A stretch of DNA of 63,071 bases, filler included, from Folioceros fuciformis (taxonomy: Eukaryota): NCBI GenBank assembly GCA_049999805.1. It is 4 parts of 2 records of this genome, joined end to end, with 100 filler letters (N's around TTAATTAATTAA, not from the genome) between each part and the next. Parts side by side here need not be neighbours in the genome. Positions count along the whole stretch, not along the records: positions 10,676 to 28,164 come from JBNGIO010005685.1; positions 28,265 to 48,642 come from JBNGIO010005685.1; 2 more parts are not named here. One strand, 5' to 3'. Numbering within the stretch: the stretch's first letter is position 1; every line of letters begins with the position of its first letter. The notes under the pieces were generated by a model. The model saw nothing but the letters and a program-made list of their open reading frames with translations. It did no database searches and was not told the origin of the DNA. Of the stretch, positions 25,301-37,334 are shown piece by piece. The position numbers were made by a program, and so were the translations under genes.

Positions 25301-27561
25301 AGGTAGACAAAGCGCATAAATCTCACCAACCTTCACTTTCTGCCGCAAAGATAGATACGTCTGCATTTCCTGCTGACACCTGCCAAAAAAGGAATTACAC
25401 TAAAATCAAATCCACATCTACAAACTGATTCAAATCTGAAAATGAAAGTCTAGCGATACCCCTCAGAAGCTTTGTGCCATCGAAGTATCATGTGAGTGAG
25501 AGCCTGGGAGACCAAGCCCACCTTTGTTTGTGAATCAAGACCCTCTCCAGGGCTTTTTGATCCACCTTATCAAAATTTGCAAAAATAGCAATCCAGTGTT
25601 TAACCCGCTCTTCCACGGAGAGGTCTGGAGAGAACAGATCCTCACTCAATACATTCTCAAGCCCCTGCGGTCTGCAAAACAAAATGTGCAAATTGAGCGG
25701 AACTTGCAATGATTGCCCTAGAACTGTAAAGCCTAATCAATAATCACAGACCTGAAATCCTTGCAGTCCTTGTCATAAACACATCTAACCAGTCTTCCAG
25801 GAATCCATTCATACAGATCCTCAGGACTGACAGTTCCTTGTGCTGACATGGAGCAGAAAGTTCGGTAAACTTCTGCCAACTTGTTGAACGTGTCTTTACG
25901 CAGTGACACCTGCTTCCACGATAAACATGAGAGAAAGATGACAGATGAGAATTTCAGGGAGCTGGTTCAGATAACCTTTACCTTCTTATCACGTAACCGA
26001 TCTGCTACTTTCTTCATGATATCAACAGAGACAATTTTAAGATCCCTTTTTGACAGGTCACATAACACTTTCACCACCAGAACCCGCACTTTCTCCTCAA
26101 AGTCCTGAAGCCTGTCAGCAATTGCCTCTGTAGAACAAAACAGCCCATCCAACACGGTTAGATGCCTAGCACCGCCAGCTGTTACAGAAGGGGATGGAAC
26201 AAAATTTGCAGGGTCTGGGATGCATAAAACAAAACTCACCAATAATATCTTTTGCTTCTTGTCCAGAAGGATTTGCAATGACGCATCCTTCCGCACATTC
26301 CAAAATAGCTACCCTTACTTTGAGAGACTTGTCTTTGAATCTCCTGATGAACTCAGCAAAGAGTTGCCGGAATTGTTGAGGAATATCTCGTCCAGGCAGT
26401 GCAAACATCTTTCCGAGGAGTTTGACAGCATTGATACGCACATCCTCCTTTTCAGTCTGCAATACAATCATGGCAAAATCAAGAAATAACTTTGGATAGA
26501 TGCTTCCCTGGCAAATCAGCTCCCCTCCATGCAAATCAAACACAGGCTCCCCACCAGCAACTCCTGAGTCAGATTCGGAAGGACTCCCAGAAGGATTTCC
26601 GGAATACAGGCGTAGATCTCATAAATCAAATCGTGATAGAATTCATGCAGCTCACTGCCAGATCCTTCGGCCATCACAGATGTGAGAAATCGCTGCACTT
26701 CAACACCGCTCTCCAGTTTCTCTTTACAGTGCTGAATCACTGCCACTGTTATCTTATAGGCTGCTGGCGAAACACCCTGAGACACAGACACAGTGCCGTG
26801 ACTAAGGAGATAAGGGACTTCTTCAAAGGTGAAGAGACAAGGCATATGGTCAGCAAGTACCTTACGGTCCTTCAACAAGTGCATAAACACTACTTCCAAC
26901 AGTGGTTGCGCAATAACCTCACTGTCTTCAAAGACTAGGGACAAGATATCCGTCATCGAAGAGGATACATTTGCTGGATGAGAATCACTGCAGTCACCAA
27001 CAAAACCCTCGCTGAAAACTGGTACCAACCAACTTCCATCCAAGGGAGGACAAGCGCAAAGACCTTGCGTACATCAGAGGAGAGGGAGGTACCTTATAGC
27101 TGACAGAAATGTTTTGAACATTTGCAGAATAAGGTCATCACATTCAAGGTCCAGCATGACGACACAGGACCGAACTTTAGCCACAGTCTCCAAAATCTGC
27201 ACCCTTCTCGTGAAAGAGGGGCTGGTGACATCATTGAGACCCTCGAAGGTTGATACCAGCAAAGCGAAAACTTCCTGAAATTTGAGAATAACAGGCTGCA
27301 CGTCAGAGAGAAATTCCACCGAACTGGCACGACTCACCTCAGGACTTCCAGTATTACCTTCAGAACATCATCGTCGTACGGAGCCTCGGGTGCCACTATC
27401 CTCATGACTTCACTGACGCAGGTTGCCACTAAAAGCCTAACATCCCTATCCTTGTGCTTCATAAGCGCTGGCCGAACCAGAGCATCAATACAAGGCTTCA
27501 TCACGGCAAGGCTTTCTGGTGGAGGAGACTGATCCGCGTTCATAAACAGGCTTGACGCTTG
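19350..27561 (-). CDS. PDS5: Sister chromatid cohesion protein PDS5 (HEAT repeats, Tudor domain, low-complexity C-terminus); multi-exon, first exon and exact stop not resolved
   Basis: Exons encode DQSPP..LMKHKDRDVRLLVATCVSEVMRIVAPEAPYDDDVLK, SPSFTRRVQILETVAKVRSCVVMLDLECDDL, LLGVLPNLTQELL, RLQDFEEKVR, LKIYGLKTLVKSFLP-like, AHIRLAAAKGVLRL, HPEYVLTYLVHVIAHH, and a Tudor-like LYDDGDVENLRLSKERW near 20430-20490. Confidence 0.93.
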
Positions 27562-28164
27562 CTGAAACAGAACAAAAGGCCATGAGAAAAGCAAGCGAAG
27601 GAAAGAGCTGACAATCCCCCGACGTGCAGGCAGGTCGAAGCCGGATACAGAGCATCTGGCAGCAGACTTGCAGAAGAGGCGCGAAAGGAATCCAGACACA
27701 AACAACACTGAACAAGCTAAGCTCGAGGGCATAAGCTAGCGAGGGGTGGCAAGCAGGGGCCTGGTGAGCATCCCAGCCCACATCTTCCATCCGCCCTGCC
27801 ACCCGACGTGGGGAAAAGACACAGAAAACCTAGACAGTCGCAGCGGGGGGCCAGCAAGCTCCAGCCCCCGCAAAACACAATTTCAGGTCACAAGCGAAGG
27901 GCTTGCAGAGCCAAGACGAGGGGCCACCAGGAATTGCGGTGAAGCCCCAAGAGGCTGAACAGAGTGCCAAAATTAGCACAAAAGAAAGGAAGCCGCAGAG
28001 CACAAGAAGCGATTGCCGCAGAGGGGAGAGGGAGAGGGAGAGGGAGAGGAGAAGATTTGGCAGGGAAGCGGAGGGCAGACCAAGGGCCCAATGTGGCCAA
28101 GACACAGAGAGCAGAATTGGAGAGAAATCCAAGCAAGAGGGCAGGGAGGGCGAGGGGAGGAGGG

Positions 28165-28264
28165 NNNNNNNNNNNNNNNNNNNNNNNNNNNNNNNNNNNN
28201 NNNNNNNNTTAATTAATTAANNNNNNNNNNNNNNNNNNNNNNNNNNNNNNNNNNNNNNNNNNNN
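28165..28264. other. Artificial contig-joining linker
   Basis: N44-TTAATTAATTAA-N44. Confidence 0.95.
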
Positions 28265-29399
28265 GGCGTCCAGGTCGGGTCCAGGCAGCTGGCAAGGCTG
28301 GTCCTGACCCGGCCCAGAGTGCTGCTGCTGCTGCTCGGGTGGTGCAGAGCTATTAACCCCCCGCCGCCACGGACGGCCTGGGCGTCAGCATGGGCGCGGC
28401 AGTGGTGAAGTTATATAAGGTTGCTCGTGGTGGCCACGCGAGAGACGAAGGCGGTGGTGGCCAGCCCGACGATGGCGATCCCAGGCCTGCTTGCTTTCTT
28501 TGATCCGAACTTTTCCCCCTCAATGCGTACACACATAGACAGCGTGCAGCAGGTGGTGCGGCTGGGCTGGCGGCCTGGCCTCCCTCNNNNNNNNNNNNNN
28601 NNNNNNNNNNNNNNNNNNNNNNNNNNNNNNNNNNNNNNNNNNNNNNNNNNNNNNNNNNNNNNNNNNNNNNNNNNNNNNNNNNNNNNGGTGACCACCGTTT
28701 CTCTCGGTTGCCTCTTACCCGCACCTCCTCCTTTTTGAAATTCAATCCAGTCCCTTTCCCATACCCTTTCCCTTTCCCCTCGACCTCGCTCGTCGTACCG
28801 CTTCGCTCGCTCGCTCGCTCGCCCGCCAGCCCGCCCGCCTCAATGAGTCGCCTGCTGCCGGGCCGACAACCTCACCACCACAATTCTGCACGTAAGGCAA
28901 CTTGAGAGCAGCAAACCACCAGTCCTACTTATACCATTTGGCCGCCAGTGTCCCACCCTTCCTCGCTGCGTCTTAACAAGACACACTGTAATGCATTTCC
29001 CGGCTACCTAACCGAGCACGAGCACGTCACACACATAAAGATATAGCCAACGCTTTGGTCATATTTGTCGTTTAGAATTTTAAATACCATCGTCTTTAAA
29101 TTACACATGCACTAATTAAATCAATCAGAATTTCAAACTACTCAGCCATCAACACGGACGGACTTATGGACTCTATCCTCTCTCACTCACTGCTATCCTA
29201 AACTGCTGGATTTGTCTCACACATGCACCAGTAATGCTATTTAGATTAGAAGCAAAACCCTACAAACCCTACTTTGACTTAGGGAGCATTTCTATGTATG
29301 TAGGGCAAGTCAGGAAAAAGCGGATTCCAAGTACATAGCTATCTTTGGTCTTCTTTCATTGCAAGACACAAGCACCATCAAGGCATTCTAATTGTGAGA

Positions 29400-29820
29400 T
29401 ACTAGTTGCTTATTGTTGGAAATGTGGATTCAAGTTGATTTGTTTGAGCTATTGGACAAGTAGCATGAACACAAGCTCATTGCAGGATATGAGTTGTTGT
29501 TGGAAATGTTGATGCAAGTTGATTTGTTTGAGCAAGAGGAGGATTGTACTCCAATGCTCAAGTGCCAATGCTTCCACTCCTATTCTTGAGGAGTGCCGAT
29601 GCTTCCACTCCTATTCTTGAGGAGTGATTTGAAATCCTGAGGGAAGAAATAGTTGCAAGGATTTGAATCTGCTCAAGTGCCAATGCTAACACTTTTCTCC
29701 TTGAGAAGTGATTTGAAATCGTGTTTAGGGTTCAGGGTTTGAAGATGCTTCCACTCCTCTCCTTGAGGAGTGATTTGAAATCGTGAGGGAAGAAATAGTC
29801 ACTAGGATTTGAATCTGCTC
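29400..29820. repeat. Cluster of imperfect direct and tandem repeats, probably a transposon-derived remnant
   Basis: An approximately 45-bp unit (..ttgttggaaatgt.gat.caagttgatttgtttgagc) occurs twice. A 31-bp unit gtgcc.atgcttccactcctattcttgagga occurs in tandem. The segments gagtgatttgaaatc (x3) and ggatttgaatctgctc (x2) recur. Confidence 0.7.
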
Positions 29821-30343
29821 GTTTCAGTGTTGGTGGCTAAGACAACAAATGTTTTGACAGCAAGTAGTGCTTAGCTATGCATTCAAGTGTTTTGAATTGC
29901 ATTCGATCAATTTAGTCTAGTTTCGGCCCACCCTTTCGAATAGTAGATAGACCGCATATTGTCTTGTTGGAAGGCAACACTTTACGGTACACGATATCGT
30001 TGTGTTTGAGATGTCATGTTCTTGATTGACTAAAGAGTATGGGTTCCAAGTAATAGGAACTTAGGGTGATATACAAACATCATATTGCAGGGACTTGTAG
30101 GTCTTTACCCCACTTAGTATTTCCGGAAACCAGTCCCCTTTTTCCCGATCGGCCCTCTCCGGTCTCGTCTCCATCTTTTGTTGTGTTTGACGTAGATGGG
30201 AACTTTTAAATAAAATATACAGACTCTTCAGGTCTTAAATGTGGATCCATAAAGCCGCTTCTAGTGATACGAACTGAAACTGATGTTCAACTTGCTTGGT
30301 TTCCGACCAATGTTCCCTGTTCTCCGAAGCAGTGAACTGCTCC

Positions 30344-33300
30344 ATGTCTCCGGGAAATGGATGCGTGGAGCGTAACGAATGGCTCTCACATTTGGCAAGA
30401 TGGCCAATTGCGGGGAGCGTGCGTGTGGACCCAACAAGCTGGGTTCGCAGGCACTGTACGATATACTCCCACTCACATTGTGTCCAGGGACAAGATGTTG
30501 TCAAAGAGGCCACCAAGCGGAGCACCATTGCAAGACAGCCCGCTCGTCCAATAGGATGTCCAGCTCAACGTGCCTGCGGAAATTCTCTGCACCCCATAGT
30601 TGGGTGGAGAGAACTCAAGACAAGCAGGGAGTCCCGGGGGGTTGTCGTACCGAACAGCGAAAGCCTTCTGGCTTACAGGCCCCTGGACATGCCGGCAGGA
30701 TACGACATGGGCGTCACACCTGAAACCGTGAGCGCACTCTGTCACCACGGGCAGCTCAGTGAGAGCGTTGAAGGACTAGGAGCTCTGGTGCTTGCGGATT
30801 GTCCTGTTTCCACGTCCCTGGTGTATATGGTACTCAAACAATGCGTGGCTAAGAAGAATCTTCCCCTGGGTCGCCGAGTCCATGCTCTCACGGTGGAGCA
30901 GGGGTATGAGTCGGATGCGTTCCTGTGCAATCACATCCTGCGGATGTATGCTTCTCATGCGAAATTGCAAGAAGCTATGGATGTGTTCACTATGGTTGCG
31001 GAGCCAGATGCCTTCATGTGGTCGTCTATGATTTCTGCGCTTGTGAAAGATGGGCAGGATGAACAGGCCATCAGCCTGTACCAACGCATGCGCAGGTCAG
31101 GAGTGAAGCCTGATGGCCATGTATTTGTAGCAGCGCTTCAGGCTTGTGCGAGGGGAGGAGACTTGAATTCCGGGCATCGTGTGCATGCTGATGTCTTGGC
31201 TTGTGGCTTTCAGCGTGATTTGTTTGTGTGCAGTTGCTTGGTCGACATGTATGCTAAGTGTGGCAGCTTGGAGGATGCTCAGAGAGTGTTCGACGGGCTT
31301 CCAGAAAAGAATGTGGTGACGTGGAGTGCCATGATAGCAGGGTATTCCCAGCAGGGTAAGGGACAGAAAGCCCTCCGTCTTTACAATGCTATGCAGCAAG
31401 AGGGGACTGTTGCACCCAATTCTGTGACATTTGTGTGCCTCCTGCAGGCCTGTGCAAGTGCGGGTACCCGGGCTTTGGAGACGGGGAAGCACCTTCATGC
31501 ACAGATTAAGGAACGGGGGCTTCAGGACAATGTGGTTGTCGGTGGGAGTCTGGTCAACATGTATGCAAAGTGTGGGAGCCTAGAGGATGCTCGGGCTGTG
31601 TTTGACCGACTTGGTACGAAAAATGTGGTGTCGTGGAATGCCATGATAGCAGGATATTCCCAGCAAGGCATGGGGCATCAAGCTCTTGCTCTCTACAAGG
31701 CTATGCAAGAAGATGGCATGTCCACGCCTGATTCCGTGACGTTTGTGTGCCTTCTGCAGGCATGTGCAAGTGTGGGCGACCAGGGTTTGGAGACCGGGAA
31801 GCAGCTTCATGCTCGGATTAGGCAACGAGGACTTCAGGCTGATGTGTTCGTAGGCAGTAGTCTGGTGGACATGTATGCAAAGTGCGGCAGCCTGAAGGAT
31901 GCTAGGAGCGTCTTTGATGGACTTGGTCAAAAAACTGTAGTGACGTGGGGTGCAATGATAGCGGGATATTCTCAGCAGGGGAAAGGACAGGAAGCCCTTT
32001 GTCTTTATAAGGTCATGCAAGAGGATGGCGTCTGTGCACCTGATTGTCTGACTTTTGTGTGTCTCTTGCACGCATGTGCAACTTTGGGCACTGCAGGTTT
32101 AGAGGATGGGAAGCACCTGCATGCACAAATTAAGGCACGAGGGCTGCAGGATGATGTGTTTGTTGCCAATAGCTTAGTAAGCATGTATGCAAAGTGTGGC
32201 AGCTTAGAGACCGCTCAATGGGTGTTTGACGGACTTGGTCAGAAAAATGTGGTGACATGGAGTGCAATGATAGCTGGATATTCACAGCACGGCATGGGGC
32301 TGGAAGCTCTCCATCTTTATAGGGCGATGCAAGAAGACGGCATGGCCGCACCCAACGCTGTAACATTCGCTTGCCTCCTGCAAGCATGTGCAACCGTGGG
32401 CACTTCAGCTTTGAGGACAGGGAGGCAGCTTCATGCAGAAATCAGAGAACGAGGGCTACAAGCTGATGTCTTTGCAGCCAGCAGCTTGGTAAATATGTAT
32501 GCAAAGTGTGGCAGCCTAGAGGATGCAAGGGTCGTTTTTGACAGGCTTACTGAAAAAAATGTGGTGACGTGGAGTGCCATGATAGCAGGATATTCTCAGC
32601 AGGGCATGGGGCAGGATGCTCTTGTTCTTTACAGGGCTATGGAAGAAGAAGGCATTGTTGTACCGAATCCAGTCACATTTGTATGCCTCCTTCAGGCATG
32701 TGCAAGTGTGGCCGCTTTGCAACTTGGAAGACTGCTTCATTCACAATTAAAGGCACAAGGGCTTCAAGCCGATGTATTTGTTGCTGGCAGTTTGATCAAC
32801 ATGTATGGCAAGTGCGGCAGCATGGTTGATGCACGGCAGGTGTTTGAATCACTGCCCGAGAGGGACGTCATCTCCTGGAATGCACTGATTGCAGGATATG
32901 CTGGTCAAGGAGACAGTGAGGAGGTCTTTGACTTGTTTGACAGAATGCGGGGGGATGGCATCCAGCCAGTCGACGTCACCTTCCTTAGTGTACTAACTGT
33001 ATGTAGTCATAGGGGTCTAGTGAACAAGGGGCGACAATACTTCGATGCTATGACCCGACAGTATGGGATCAGTCCCACAGTGGAGCACTATACCTGTATG
33101 GTGGATCTCATGGGCCGTGCTGGACAACTGGACGAGGCACTAGCTTTTGTAAGAACAATGCCTGTTCTCCCTCATGCTGCCGTTTGGCATACTCTTCTAG
33201 GTGCTTGTCAGAAGTGGAGCAGTGTGGAAGTCGGGCGCAATGCTTTCCATGAAGCTGTAAAGCTAGATAAGACAGACATCACAGCGCATGTCCTCATGTC

Positions 33301-33493
33301 GAACATATACACCAGTGCTCAGATGTGGGAGCAGGCTCGGGAGATGCAGGCAATTAGAAAAGGAATCGGGGCATGGAAGCAGCCAGGACAGAGCTGGTGG
33401 ACAGACCTAGAAGGACTGGTCCATAGTTTTGTAGTTGGGGATAAGCAACATCCCGAGGCTGAAGGAGTGAGGCTCCTTCCTCAATTGAGGTAA
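30344..33493 (+). CDS. PLS-class pentatricopeptide repeat protein with E1/E2/E+ extension and WW-type PG box, no DYW domain; putative organellar RNA-editing factor
   Basis: P-L-S triplets with exact 312-nt period (MYAKCGS ATGs at 31247, 31559, 31871, 32183, 32495), followed by HYTCMVDLMGRAG, VWHTLLGAC, HVLMSNIY and WKQPGQSWWTDLEGLVHSFVVGDKQHP. The start codon is uncertain (ATG 30344 or 30689). Confidence 0.95.
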   Translation: MSPGNGCVERNEWLSHLARWPIAGSVRVDPTSWVRRHCTIYSHSHCVQGQDVVKEATKRSTIARQPARPIGCPAQRACGNSLHPIVGWRELKTSRESRGVVVPNSESLLAYRPLDMPAGYDMGVTPETVSALCHHGQLSESVEGLGALVLADCPVSTSLVYMVLKQCVAKKNLPLGRRVHALTVEQGYESDAFLCNHILRMYASHAKLQEAMDVFTMVAEPDAFMWSSMISALVKDGQDEQAISLYQRMRRSGVKPDGHVFVAALQACARGGDLNSGHRVHADVLACGFQRDLFVCSCLVDMYAKCGSLEDAQRVFDGLPEKNVVTWSAMIAGYSQQGKGQKALRLYNAMQQEGTVAPNSVTFVCLLQACASAGTRALETGKHLHAQIKERGLQDNVVVGGSLVNMYAKCGSLEDARAVFDRLGTKNVVSWNAMIAGYSQQGMGHQALALYKAMQEDGMSTPDSVTFVCLLQACASVGDQGLETGKQLHARIRQRGLQADVFVGSSLVDMYAKCGSLKDARSVFDGLGQKTVVTWGAMIAGYSQQGKGQEALCLYKVMQEDGVCAPDCLTFVCLLHACATLGTAGLEDGKHLHAQIKARGLQDDVFVANSLVSMYAKCGSLETAQWVFDGLGQKNVVTWSAMIAGYSQHGMGLEALHLYRAMQEDGMAAPNAVTFACLLQACATVGTSALRTGRQLHAEIRERGLQADVFAASSLVNMYAKCGSLEDARVVFDRLTEKNVVTWSAMIAGYSQQGMGQDALVLYRAMEEEGIVVPNPVTFVCLLQACASVAALQLGRLLHSQLKAQGLQADVFVAGSLINMYGKCGSMVDARQVFESLPERDVISWNALIAGYAGQGDSEEVFDLFDRMRGDGIQPVDVTFLSVLTVCSHRGLVNKGRQYFDAMTRQYGISPTVEHYTCMVDLMGRAGQLDEALAFVRTMPVLPHAAVWHTLLGACQKWSSVEVGRNAFHEAVKLDKTDITAHVLMSNIYTSAQMWEQAREMQAIRKGIGAWKQPGQSWWTDLEGLVHSFVVGDKQHPEAEGVRLLPQLR

Positions 33494-33744
33494 GAAGGAT
33501 GTTTCCATCACAACTCTTGGAAGGAAGGATTGTGAAAAGCCAGTGGAACCATCAGAACACCCTGTTGGTTGTGGAAGGGAAGCTGGAGACCATGCTGGTT
33601 GTGAAAGTGGTCTGGTCATGTTCCTTGCGGCACTCTGACCGTCCCGGGACCTACCATATTCAAGAAGAGAAGCGAGCTACGTGCAGGACGCAACATGTTA
33701 TCTTCTTCGACGCATTGTATCGCACATTTTCTGGCAGCAAGTTC

Positions 33745-36700
33745 ATGAAAGTACGTTGTCCGGATTTTCCGGACAGCATGGGGTAATTGTTCTCTCGAAT
33801 TCCTGCTTCGGCGACGGGTCACGAGGTTGTGCACACAATCCGAACTGGTGTGCAGTGACGACGTGTAGGAAGACTCCTGCTCACCCGTGGCTTCAGGCAA
33901 CACCACTCGGAAACAAGGAAGTCGCGACGTGCAGCACTTTTCCAAGCCAACCAGCCTGTTACCGCGTCTGTCCCCGTCGGTCTAGGTCTGGAGGATTCGT
34001 GGCTCAGGCGGTGCACCGACCAAACGATTCCCTCGTTACAGCGGATGCGCAGCTGGCTGCTGTGGGCATGCAGATGGTCTTTCGGGCCCCTGTATCCACC
34101 TGTAGCCTGAGCGTCCCGGACCCTAGTGCCCTTCCCTGGCACGCAGGATTTCAAGGAAGCATGACTGCTGAAATCGTGAGCGAACTATGTCAGCAGGGGC
34201 AGCTCACTGAGGCCATTGAGGCTCTTGGTGTTCTGGTGCTAATACACACTCCTGTTTCGAAATTTGTGTTTTACACGGTCCTGAGGCAATGTGTGGGTAA
34301 GAAGCACCTACCTTTGGGTCGCCGTGTGCATTCTCTCGCAATGATGCAGGGGTATGAATCGGACGCGTTCTTGTGCAATCACATTCTACGGATGTATGCT
34401 TCTCAATCCAGGTTGCAAGAAGCGTTGGATGTGTTCAATATGGTTGTCAAACCAGATGCCTTCATGTGGTCCTCTATAATAGCTGCACATGTAAAACATG
34501 GACGAGATAGGCAGGCCATACAACTTTATCATAGAATGCGCATGTCAAGTGTGAAACCAGATGGGCACGTGTTTGTAGCAGCGCTCCAGGCTTGTGCGAG
34601 GGCAGCAGACCTGAAATCTGGGGAGCAGGTGCATGCTCATGTGTTGGCTGGTGGTGTTGAGCCTGATTTGTTTGTCTGTAGTTGCTTGGTGGACATGTAT
34701 GCGAAGTGTGGAAGCTTGGAGGTCGCCCAGAAAGTGTTTGACGGGCTCCCTCGAAAGGACGTTGTCACCTGGAATGCCATGATAGCAGGATATTCCCAGC
34801 AGGGGATGGGGCAGGAAGCCATTGGTCTCTACAATGCTATGGAAAAAGAGAGCACGACTGGGCCCGATTCTGTGACATTTGTGTGTGTCCTGCAGGCCTG
34901 TGCTAGTGTGGGCACCCTGGCTTTGCAGAGGGGACAGCAGCTTCACCTGCAGATCAAAGAACGAGGACTTGAGGCTGATGTAGTTGTAGGGGGGAGCCTG
35001 GTGAACATGTATGCGAAGTGTGGGAGCCTGGAGGATGCGCAGGATGTGTTCAACGGGCTGGGTGCGAAAAATGTAGTGACGTGGAATGTTCTGATAGCAG
35101 CATATTCCCAGCAGGGCAAGGGGCTGGAGGCCCTTGGTCTTTACAGAGCTATGCGAGATGAAGGAATTGTGTCACCTGATTCTGTGACATTCGTGTCCCT
35201 TCTTCAAGCTTGTGCCAGTGGAGGAAGCTGGGCTTTGGAATTCGGGAAGCAGCTCCATGCGCAAATTAGTGAACAAGGACTTCAAGCTGATTTGTTTGTC
35301 GCGAGCAGTTTGGTAAATATGTATGCAAAGTGTGGCAGTGTGGATGAGGCTCGGCTTGTGTTTGACAAAATTGGTCAAAAAGACGCTGTGACGTGGAGTA
35401 CCATGATTGCAGGATATTCCCACGAGGGTATGGGGCAGGAAGCCCTTGGTATCTATGCGGCTATGCAAGAAGAAGGCACTGTTGCACCCAGTTCTGTAAC
35501 TTTTCTGTGCGTCCTTCAGGCATGTGCAAATGTTGGCAAGCTGGCTTTGGAGAAGGGGAAGCAAATTCATGCGCAAATAAGGGAACGAGGGTTCCAAGCT
35601 GATGTGTTTGTAACCAGCAGTTTGATAGACATGTATGCAAAGTGTGGCAGCATCGAAGATGCTCGCCTCGTCTTTGATGGGCTATGTAAGAAAAATGTGG
35701 TCTCATGGAGTGCCATGATAGCTGGATATTCACAGCAAGGCATGGGGCAGGAGGCTCTTCGTCTGTATGGATCTATGCAAGAAGAGGGCATGGCTGCACC
35801 CAATCCTGTGACATTTGTCTGCCTCCTGCAGGCATGTGCCGTCGAGGGAATTCACGCTTTGGAGACAGGGAAGCTGCTTCATGCTCAAGTGACAGAACGA
35901 GGGCTTCAAACTGATGTGTTCATAGCCAACAGCTTGGTAAACATGTATGCCAAATGCGGCAGCTTAAAAGATGCTCGGCATATGTTTGACGGACTCCCTC
36001 AGAAAGATGTGGTGACTTGGAATGCAATTATAGCAGCGTATTCTCAGAAGGGGATGGGACTGGAAGCCCTTAACCTTCTCAGTGCTATGCACCAAGAAGG
36101 CATAACGGCTCCTGATTCTGTGACATTTGTTTCCCTGCTGCAGGCATGCGCAAGTGTGGGCGCTCTGGCTTTGGATAAAGGGAGGCAGCTTCATGCAGAA
36201 GTCAGAGAAAGAGGATTTCAAACCGATGAGTTTGTGTGCAGTAGTTTGGTGAACATGTATGCAAAGTGTGGCAGCCTAGAAGATGCAAGGGCGGTGTTTG
36301 ACGGGCTTGGTAAAAAACCTGTGGTGGCATGGAATGCCATGATAGCGGGATACTCCCAGCAGGGCATGGGGAAGGAAGCCCTTGGTCTTTACAGGGCCAT
36401 GGAGGAGGAAGGCTTGGTTGCACCTGATTCTGTGACATTTAAGTGCCTTCTTCAGGGGTGTGCAAGTGTAGCAGCTTTGCATCTGGGAAGGCAGCTGCAT
36501 GCACAGATTATAGAGCAATTGCATCATGTTGACGTGTTCGTAGCTGGCAGCTTGATTGACATGTATGGGAAGTGTGGAAGCATGGTGGATGCACAGCAGG
36601 TGTTTGAGGCCTTGCCCGAGAGGGGCGTTTATGCCTGGAATTCTCTTGTTGCAGGTTACACCCATCAAGGAGATAGTAAGAAAGTTTTTGATTTGGTTTT

Positions 36701-37334
36701 CAGCATGAGGGAGGACGACATACAGCCTGACAGCATGACTTTTCTCAGTATATTAACAGTATGTAGCCATGCGGGTCTGGTGGAGGAAGGGCGGGAGTAC
36801 TTCGAGGCTATGAGCAAACACCACGGCATCGCTCCAACACTTGACCACTACACGTGCATGGTGGATCTCTTGAGTCGTGCACAACATCTGGAAGAGGCCC
36901 TGGCTTTAGTAAGAATAATGCCTGTGCTGCCTGATGCTGCAGTTTGGCACACTGTACTAGGTGCTTCTCAAAAGTGGAACAACGTTGTGGTGGGACAGCA
37001 TGCTTTCCATGAAGCAGTGAAGCTGGACAAGAACGATGCTGCAGCATATGTGCTGATGTCGAATGTATATTCTGGTGCCCAGTTGTGGGAGCAGGCACAG
37101 GAGATGCAGGCCAGGAGAAAGAGAGTGAGAGCATGGAAGCAACCAGGCCAGACCCTGTGGACAGACATGGACGGCACGGTGCACAGTTTTTTGGTTTGGG
37201 ATATGAAGCATCAAGGCAGTAAGGCATTGCAGAAACAAAATGACGAAAGGATTTGTACCATAGCGGTCCCTCATTTGCACATGTATCTGATGGAAGAAAG
37301 AAAACTTCCCTGGCATGGTCCTCAGGACATATAA
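33745..37334 (+). CDS. Second PLS-class PPR protein (tandem paralog), E+ type, degenerate WW box, no DYW domain
   Basis: MYAKCGS ATGs at 34695, 35007, 35319, 35631, 35943 and 36255 (312-nt period), followed by HYTCMVDLLSRA, YVLMSNVY and WKQPGQTLWTDMDGTVHSFLV. The first in-frame ATG is 34068. The start given assumes a short upstream exon (33745-33782) and an intron at 33783-33868. Confidence 0.93.

Noticed and set aside
30344..37334. PPRs as U-to-C (DYW:KP type) editing enzymes
   Set aside because: The PG box is WW-like rather than KP-like, and no catalytic domain is present.
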